A stretch of DNA of 13,767 nucleotides from Nostoc sp. (lineage in GTDB: Bacteria; Cyanobacteriota; Cyanobacteriia; Cyanobacteriales; Nostocaceae): contig JBALDB010000042.1 in the NCBI GenBank assembly GCA_036918135.1, positions 1 to 13,767 of the forward strand, written 5' to 3'. The position numbers and the translations under genes were made by a program. The first letter of the stretch is position 1. Every line of letters starts with the position of its first letter. The notes beneath the pieces are model-generated. The model did no database searches. It worked only from the letters and a program-made list of their open reading frames with translations, and was not told the origin of the DNA. This document shows positions 7,018 through 13,767 of the stretch, piece after piece.

Positions 7018-9144
7018 TTAAGCGATCAGACGTAACAATACAAGCGATCGCTCTGTGACTTGTACAGTTTGAGAACCGGAAACCCACTTTCCTGGATGGA
7101 GGAAACGAGGTTCATTAGTATCAATCACTATTTCCCATCCCCTTTGGTTTAAACCATTGGGTAGAGCAAACTCAATCATCTCGTAATGAGCGTTAAAAAA
7201 TAACAGAAAACTCTCATCAATAATCCGCTCCCCCTGAGATCCTGGAGTAACAATCCCTTCTCCATTTAAGAAAATTTCCATTACCTTGGCATAACTAATT
7301 AGCCACTGCCTTTCAGTCATTTCACTGCCATCGGCGTTAAACCAACCAATATCACTAATGCCAAAACCGCGAATCGGGCGACCTTGAAACCACTTACGTC
7401 GTCTAAACACTGGATGCTGATGGCGGAAATTAATCAGTTCGCGTGTAAAGTCCAATAGCTCCATATTTCCTTTTTGCAAGTCCCAGTTCCGCCAGGAAAT
7501 TTCATTATCTTGACAGTAGGCATTATTGTTGCCCTTCTGACTACAGCCGATTTCATCTCCCTCTAACAGCATCGGTACACCTTGAGATAGCATTAGGGTT
7601 GCCAGAAAGTTTCGCCTTTGACGTTCGCGCAAGCGCAATACATCGGGGGAATCAGTTTCTCCTTCTGCATCACAATTCCAGGATCTGTTATGGCTTTCTC
7701 CGTCACGATTATCTTCCCCGTTTGCCTCGTTGTGCTTTTGGTTATAACTGACTAAATCATTCAACGTGAAGCCATCGTGAGCAGTTATGAAATTAATACT
7801 TGCATTTGGATTGCGCCCATTTGCTTGATACAAGTCAGGGCTACCAGTAAAACAATAAGCAAATTGCCCAAGGCTATCATCTACACCGCGCCAAAAATCC
7901 CTTACTGTATCCCGATATCTGCCATTCCACTCAGACCAACGCAGCGGAAAATTACCTACTTGATAGCCTCCTTCTCCTAAGTCCCAAGGTTCAGCAATCA
8001 GCTTGACATCTGCCAAAATTGGATCTTGATGAATAATGTCAAAGAAAGCTGATAGATTATCTACCTCATATAATTCCCGCGCCAACGCCGAAGCTAAATC
8101 GAAGCGGAAGCCATCGACGTGCATTTGTGTTACCCAATAGCGCAGGCTATCCATAATTAACTTGAGGACTTGAGCATGGCGCACATTCAGAGAGTTACCA
8201 CAACCAGTAAAGTCCATATAGTAGCGGGGATTATCGTTAACCAAGCGGTAGTACACCGCATTATCAATACCTCGTAGCGATAGCGTTGGCCCTAAATGAT
8301 TACCTTCACCAGTGTGGTTATAAACCACATCTAAAATCACCTCAATTCCCGCAAAGTGCAAAGCCTTAACCATTTGCTTGAATTCGAGCGCCTGTTGTCC
8401 TAATGTTCCACTAGCACTATAGCCAGAGTAAGGTGCAAAATAATTGATTGAATCGTAGCCCCAGTAATTGGTTAGCCCTTTTGACTCTAAATGTCCTGGA
8501 CGAGACAAAAAATGATGTACAGGCATTAGCTCAACTGCTGTAATTCCTAATTGCAGCAAGTGTTGAATTGCTGCTGGATGTGCTAGCCCAGCATAAGTAC
8601 CACGCAATTCTTCTGGAACATCTGGATGCAGCTTGGTAAAGCCCTTGACATGAGTTTCATAAATAATAGTTTCGTGCCAAGGTGTACGCAGCAGTTTATC
8701 ATCTCCCCAATCAAATGATTCATCGATGACAACACACTTTGGCATTATTTTGGCATCATCTAGCTCACAGAAAGCTAAGTCTTTTTCAGCAGCGTCCCAT
8801 GAGTAACCAAAAATCGCTGCATCATTACAAATTTCACTATCAATTGCCTTAGCATAGGGGTCAATCAGTAGTTTATTGGGGTTAAAGCGATGACCTACCT
8901 CTGGTGCCCAAGGGCCATGTACTCTAAACCCATACCGTTGTCCTGGCCCCACTCCTGGTAAATAACCGTGCCAAACAAAATTATTTTTCTCTTTTAAAGA
9001 CAAGCGGAGTTCATTATCTTCAGTATCAAATAAACAAAGCTCTACACTTGTCGCATTCTCTGAAAATAAAGCAAAATTTGTACCTTTTCCATCCCAAGTA
9101 GCACCTAAAGGATATACGTTTCCCGGCCAGAGATTTACATACAT
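7018..9144 (-). CDS. glgX: Glycogen debranching enzyme (isoamylase-type, GH13 with CBM48)
   Basis: PLGATWDGKGTNFALFS, KLLIDPYAKA, NYWGY, EVILDVVYNHT, DGFRFDLA (catalytic Asp), KLIAEPWD (catalytic Glu), NFITAHDGFTL, GNNNAYCQDNE. ATG 9144 (MYVNLWPG) is preferred over 9162. Confidence 0.97.
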   Translation of the reverse strand: MYVNLWPGNVYPLGATWDGKGTNFALFSENATSVELCLFDTEDNELRLSLKEKNNFVWHGYLPGVGPGQRYGFRVHGPWAPEVGHRFNPNKLLIDPYAKAIDSEICNDAAIFGYSWDAAEKDLAFCELDDAKIMPKCVVIDESFDWGDDKLLRTPWHETIIYETHVKGFTKLHPDVPEELRGTYAGLAHPAAIQHLLQLGITAVELMPVHHFLSRPGHLESKGLTNYWGYDSINYFAPYSGYSASGTLGQQALEFKQMVKALHFAGIEVILDVVYNHTGEGNHLGPTLSLRGIDNAVYYRLVNDNPRYYMDFTGCGNSLNVRHAQVLKLIMDSLRYWVTQMHVDGFRFDLASALARELYEVDNLSAFFDIIHQDPILADVKLIAEPWDLGEGGYQVGNFPLRWSEWNGRYRDTVRDFWRGVDDSLGQFAYCFTGSPDLYQANGRNPNASINFITAHDGFTLNDLVSYNQKHNEANGEDNRDGESHNRSWNCDAEGETDSPDVLRLRERQRRNFLATLMLSQGVPMLLEGDEIGCSQKGNNNAYCQDNEISWRNWDLQKGNMELLDFTRELINFRHQHPVFRRRKWFQGRPIRGFGISDIGWFNADGSEMTERQWLISYAKVMEIFLNGEGIVTPGSQGERIIDESFLLFFNAHYEMIEFALPNGLNQRGWEIVIDTNEPRFLHPGKWVSGSQTVQVTERSLVLLRLIA

Positions 9145-9756
9145 ACAGCAGATTTCCAACAACTGACTTTTATAGCCTCTAACTAATCTTGATTGAGTTG
9201 AACTAAGTATATTTAAATAGTTAAGTAAGAATTGTAAGCAAGATTAAACTAATAAATTAGTACTCAATCATCAGATTATTTCTATTTTAATTAGTAGAGA
9301 AAGATTAGATATCAACACATATAATAGGCTATTTATGTATCAGTTTTTTGCAAATCAATAAATTTAAGAGTATTAGTAAATTACTTACAACTCGATCGTA
9401 TCATTTAAACAATCTGAAATTTCTCTATTTGATGATTTTCTATCTAGAGATATAACTTTGTCATGCAATTTTGTTAATTTCCAGTTTTCAAATTCATTCA
9501 ACTTCAAAAAATTATCAATTTACTAACACCATATTTGAGCAAGTAACGCTTACATCCGAGGTTTAGAGCTATATAAATTAAATCTGCCAAGTAATTTGCC
9601 TTCAAATAAATAAGTATTTAACTTGAGTAATATTGACTAAAATAACAAAATATGCAAACGAATATTAGTTAAGGAAGCTCCAAAGAGTCCAGCTCATTGG
9701 TTCTCCTTCGGTACAGATCTGCTTTTAGTTTGCCGCGTGACCAGTGCGATCGCTTA

Positions 9757-10794
9757 TTAGGAATGGGAGGTTGGGAGTGGAGAGTGGAAGTTAGGCTTAA
9801 GCCCAAAGTTTTCATTCACAGCACAAGCCGTATCTGGATAGTCGCTAAATACGCCATCAATACCTAAGTTAAAAAATAGTTTATATTCCCCTTGGGGATT
9901 TCCTTGAAAGTCCAATGGTAAAAAGTAGTCTTCATTGCGGAAAGTCCAGACATGAACTAACAAACCCGCTACATGAGCATCGATGACTAATGATGTAGGT
10001 GAGAGTAATTTACCAGTACTGTCTTTAGTAACTAGCAGATTTTTATGAACTCCAATTGCCTGTGCATATTTAGCAATTTCTTCTAAGCTGGAAGCGGTTA
10101 CTAAATCTACATAAGTACTATCATTGCTATTAACTACAAAATCATACGGTTTACCACTATTATTCACTAATTGCACCAAAGGTAAATCAGTTTTTGTAGA
10201 TAAATATTTTAAATTCTCCACTTCAAAAGACTGGATGAAAACTGTTGCATTAGCTCCTTGATAACCGTTTGCTGTTAAAGTTGCTAATAGGGGTGTTTCT
10301 AAGGCTAATCCAATGGATTTAAAGTAAGTTGGGTGCTTAGTTTCTGGATAAATGCCGATTTGACGATTTATTTGGGCGCTTTGATTTTTGACTAAATTGA
10401 TGATTTCTTGTAATGTGGGAATTTCAAATAATCCATTGTATAAAATATTTTGCGATCGCAGTTGGGGAATTCGCTCTTTAGCTCGTAGTGTTTTTAATTC
10501 TGCAAGGGTAAAGTCTTCGGTAAACCAACCTGTTTTTGATTCTCCATCAATTATCTTGGTGGTTTGACGGCGAGCAAATTCTTTATGGCTAGCAACGTCC
10601 GTGGTTTCAGAAATTTCATTTTCGTGACGAGCAATTAAAACACCGTCTTTTGTAGAAACTAAATCTGGTTCAATATAGTCAGCACCTAGTGCGATCGCTA
10701 ATTCATAAGCAGCCAAAGTATGTTCTGGACGATAGCCGCTAGCACCTCGATGTGCAATGATAATTGGGGGTTTCCCTGTAAATGTTTTAAGCAT
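9757..10794 (-). CDS. Glycerophosphodiester phosphodiesterase (GDPD, GlpQ-like), no signal peptide
   Basis: IIAHRGASGYRPEHTL, GADYIEPDL, RHE, YPETKHP, FIQSFE, HVWTFR, GIDGVFSDYPD. Confidence 0.93.
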   Translation of the reverse strand: MLKTFTGKPPIIIAHRGASGYRPEHTLAAYELAIALGADYIEPDLVSTKDGVLIARHENEISETTDVASHKEFARRQTTKIIDGESKTGWFTEDFTLAELKTLRAKERIPQLRSQNILYNGLFEIPTLQEIINLVKNQSAQINRQIGIYPETKHPTYFKSIGLALETPLLATLTANGYQGANATVFIQSFEVENLKYLSTKTDLPLVQLVNNSGKPYDFVVNSNDSTYVDLVTASSLEEIAKYAQAIGVHKNLLVTKDSTGKLLSPTSLVIDAHVAGLLVHVWTFRNEDYFLPLDFQGNPQGEYKLFFNLGIDGVFSDYPDTACAVNENFGLKPNFHSPLPTSHS

Positions 10795-10823
10795 TCCTCA
10801 TTTGAAAATCTTAATTATTTAGT

Positions 10824-12371
10824 TCAACTTTTCTTTGTAAATTGATAAATTGTTATATAAAGCCAATTCTTTTCAGTTTTTAAGTTATATAATTCACTCA
10901 TTTCAGTTTTAAAAGTATCTTTTAGTTTCCAAAAAAAATCACGATTAACTATAATAAACACTGTGTTTGAATTATTGGTAGCTATATTAACTTTTTCTGC
11001 CACATTTTTTCCATTTATTTTTTCTAAAAGATATCCGGGTAGATATAAAGTCGATGAATCTCCGTAATATTTTAATAATCTAGGCTGTCCCAACAATAAT
11101 ACAGATTTGGCAGATTCATCTCGATTTTTTATCAAGTATTGGACAGCTGAACGATAGTTATCTTTTCCATATTCTGGATTTAAATAATAATTAAAATTTG
11201 AATAAACATTCATAATTATCAAAAAAACAGTAGCTAATTTAACAACTTGAGACAGGATATAAATTTTATTTCGAGGTTTATTTTCTAGATAGTAGTAATG
11301 CAAAAAAGTTGATGGTATCAAAATGAAAAGTGGTATAGATAGATAAAAAGAGTGACGTGGGAGCCAATTAATTTTCGTAAATAAAGCGAATAGAAAATCT
11401 AGTAAAAAAGATATAGCAAAAATCAGTGCAAATAAGCGATCTGCACGTTGGTATCTTTTTTTATCAACACTCAATAAACTCCTCACTAAAACCACAGAAA
11501 TTACAATCAAGATAATAAAAAAGATTAGTAAATGAACCCAGTAATGAAGTAAAATATCTATTTTATTATCACCGCGTAATTGATCCAGTGGTGGTCCATA
11601 GGATGTCCCGACTAATATACCGTAGAGCACAAACAAAATGTTTTCAACTACGGGTAATCCACTACGAGTAACTGCTGTGGCGGTTGGATCGGATGCAGCA
11701 GGCGAAGACAAATAGAACCAAATCATTGGCGAAGAAAAAATTACTGGAGGTATTGACCATTTGAGCCATTCTTTTAACTTTCTAAAAACGATAGCATGAG
11801 ATAAACTAAGGGCTAAAGTAAACATTATTGTTAAAACACTAGCAAAACTTGCTATTGCACTAAAAATGCCAAAAAATACTTGGTAAATAATTTTATTAGT
11901 TTGGTCGTTCTTGAGTGAATGACTAAAGAAATATACTTGAAGTGACGCTATAAATATTAATAATGAGTAAGGTCTGGCATCTTGGCTATAAAATACGCTA
12001 AACGAACTAACTGCTAAGATTAAGGATGACCAGAATGCATGTTTTTTTCCATAAATACGTAGGCAAGTAAAGTATATAATAATTACCGAACTGACTCCAA
12101 ACAAAGCTGAGAGCGATCGAATAGCAAATTCACTATCTCCAAAAAGCGAACGCCAATAGAACAATAGCAAGTAGTAAAGCGGTTGGTATTTATCACCAGC
12201 TTCTCTATTTACAATTCTAGAGAAATTTTCTTGAAGACTCGTAGCATCAGATAAAGATAGACTCCAGCCTTCATCAAACCAAAGACTTTGATTCTGTAAT
12301 AAAAAGAAACGAGTAAAAATGCTAATTAAAATAATGATAAAAAATCCAAAATAGTATTTTGATTGTTTCAT
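10824..12371 (-). CDS. GT-C fold membrane glycosyltransferase (GT39 / PMT_2 / ArnT-like)
   Basis: QSLWFDEG (DE motif in the first loop), PLYYLLL, R.LSALFG, YSQDARPYSL, multiple TM helices. SD GGAGG lies upstream of ATG 12371. The stop is 29 bp before the GDPD start. Confidence 0.88.
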   Translation of the reverse strand: MKQSKYYFGFFIIILISIFTRFFLLQNQSLWFDEGWSLSLSDATSLQENFSRIVNREAGDKYQPLYYLLLFYWRSLFGDSEFAIRSLSALFGVSSVIIIYFTCLRIYGKKHAFWSSLILAVSSFSVFYSQDARPYSLLIFIASLQVYFFSHSLKNDQTNKIIYQVFFGIFSAIASFASVLTIMFTLALSLSHAIVFRKLKEWLKWSIPPVIFSSPMIWFYLSSPAASDPTATAVTRSGLPVVENILFVLYGILVGTSYGPPLDQLRGDNKIDILLHYWVHLLIFFIILIVISVVLVRSLLSVDKKRYQRADRLFALIFAISFLLDFLFALFTKINWLPRHSFYLSIPLFILIPSTFLHYYYLENKPRNKIYILSQVVKLATVFLIIMNVYSNFNYYLNPEYGKDNYRSAVQYLIKNRDESAKSVLLLGQPRLLKYYGDSSTLYLPGYLLEKINGKNVAEKVNIATNNSNTVFIIVNRDFFWKLKDTFKTEMSELYNLKTEKNWLYITIYQFTKKS

Positions 12372-12848
12372 GTAAACCTCCCAATCATTAATTTACGCAA
12401 TCTCGAACTTTCAAACTACCAAAATCCCATCTTATACCTGAGCAATCTCTTATAATTAATACTTCTATATTGAGATAAGAGTAATTTGAACTATGGAAGA
12501 CCTTATCACATGAAGGGGATTTTTGTTATATTAATTATTCTGTTCAATAAAATAACCTGTGGTCAAACGATCGGCTCCTGCTAGCAAACATTATATCTGT
12601 GTAAATGTTGCTACGTTAGCAAACTCGAAGTCACTAGGACACCGAGCTAAACTCTATTTGGAAAAAGGGACTAAGGAGTTGAGAATAGGTATATTCTTTT
12701 TTCATGCTTGGTGATAGGTTTTTACTATAAGCGACTGTCTTGAATCTAGGGAGTACAGAGTTACGGGTTTAGTATCGCTAAACTCTTACAGAGTATAAGA
12801 GTAAAGAGATTTTTATGCTCTTGTTGTCTAATTTACTATATGAATTTG

Positions 12849-12971
12849 TATTGGACTCCTATTTGATTGTGTGAAAAAAACTGCATACATCTCGAAAAGC
12901 TGATTCCCTATAACCTATTCCCTACTCCCTGCCTAGCCAAATAACTTCAAAAATTAAAGCCGATTACTATA
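12849..12971. mobile_element. Decayed MITE-like element containing STRR-like heptamers
   Basis: Imperfect terminal inverted repeats TATTGGACTCCTATTTGATTGTGTGAA / TTCAAAAATTAAAGCCGATTACTATA; internal CCCTATA ACCTATT CCCTACT CCCTGCC heptamer run. Confidence 0.55.
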
Positions 12972-13168
12972 GCCTGAGTTTAGGACTTTCTGAATTTGCG
13001 ATATTTGGCAGTGCCAAAACTACAATTCTCGATAATCGTCCTGATACATCAACTTTTAAGCAGCATACTTTGAGGGTATCAATGCTGAGAATTAATTTAC
13101 CCCGAACTCTTGTAAGCATTTCTTACATAACATTAAACCTTTAAAATCTTTAGCAGATAAGTAGGTAG

Positions 13169-13525
<357 letters not shown>

Positions 13526-13533
13526 TAAAACAA

Positions 13534-13565
13534 GATGAATCGCATCTTCATAGATACGGTTCATC
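13534..13565 (+). terminator. Hairpin downstream of the HIT gene (probable terminator)
   Basis: GATGAATCGCATCT TCAT AGATACGGTTCATC: 14-bp stem with one mismatch and one G-U pair, 8 bp after the stop. The U-tract is weak. Confidence 0.55.
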
Positions 13566-13609
13566 ACTTAAATAAATCAGTATTATAATTAATATTTATT
13601 TATAAATTA

Positions 13610-13638
13610 TTTACAAATCTTAATTTTAGTTTTAAGCT
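13610..13638 (+). promoter_or_regulatory. psbA sigma70-type promoter
   Basis: TTTACA (13610-13615), 17-bp spacer, TAAGCT (13633-13638), 64 bp upstream of the psbA ATG. Resembles known cyanobacterial psbA promoters with a TTTACA -35 box. Confidence 0.7.
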
Positions 13639-13702
13639 AATAAGCATAGGTAAGTAAGTCTACTTGCTGAAATCATAAACAAACAAGCGCACTTATAAAA
13701 CA

Positions 13703-13767
13703 ATGACAGCAACCATTCAACGCGCTCGTAGCGCCAACGTATGGGAGCGGTTCGCAAGCTGGATAAC
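13703..13767 (+). CDS. psbA: Photosystem II D1 protein, 5' end only (runs off the window)
   Basis: ATG 13703 gives MTATIQRARSANVWERFASWI(T), the D1 N-terminal pattern MT.T.....SA..W.RF..WIT. Not in the ORF track because it is truncated. Confidence 0.92.
   Translation, partial: MTATIQRARSANVWERFASWI

Larger units (their letters stand above)
1294..10698. repeat. HIP1 octamers GCGATCGC (dispersed, 10 perfect copies)
   Basis: Copies starting at 1294, 1855, 2535, 2826, 5914, 6593, 7044, 9746, 10452 and 10691. Confidence 0.9.

Noticed and set aside
7777..7980. 67-aa plus-strand ORF
   Set aside because: Antisense to the glgX catalytic region.
9370..9552. NtcA boxes upstream of glgX
   Set aside because: The GTA...TAC pairs I found have 5-, 7- or 9-nt spacers rather than 8.
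13131..13155. Pho-box-like TTAA repeats upstream of the HIT gene
   Set aside because: The units are not at 11-bp periodicity and fit the consensus poorly in AT-rich DNA.

Overview
Chromosomal window from a heterocyst-forming cyanobacterium (Nostocales, Nostoc-like), judged from ten perfect HIP1 octamers (GCGATCGC), heptameric STRR-like repeats, GTAG-type REP palindromes and the 5' end of psbA. Left to right: (i) a minus-strand NB-ARC/STAND-TPR (NLR-like) reading frame running off the left edge and missing from the ORF track, preceded in the same frame by a 146-aa helical protein with a G/N/Q-rich tail and separated from it only by one TGA (context TGA-CTA); (ii) an MprF flippase-only membrane protein divergent from a lipoprotein esterase; (iii) a spacer packed with MITE/REP-like repeats; (iv) a probable stress cluster (small exported protein, PfpI/DJ-1-ferritin-like fusion, DUF6335-like acidic protein, glgX); (v) a GT-C/GT39 glycosyltransferase followed by a glycerophosphodiester phosphodiesterase; (vi) a HIT protein and the promoter and first 21 complete codons of psbA. 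The best candidate for a new system is the Bell-like effector/amyloid motif/in-frame stop/NLR locus at 1-1889. It could use stop-codon readthrough to make both a free effector and an effector-NLR fusion from one frame. This is inference, and a recent nonsense mutation or an internal TTG/GTG start cannot be excluded from this window.
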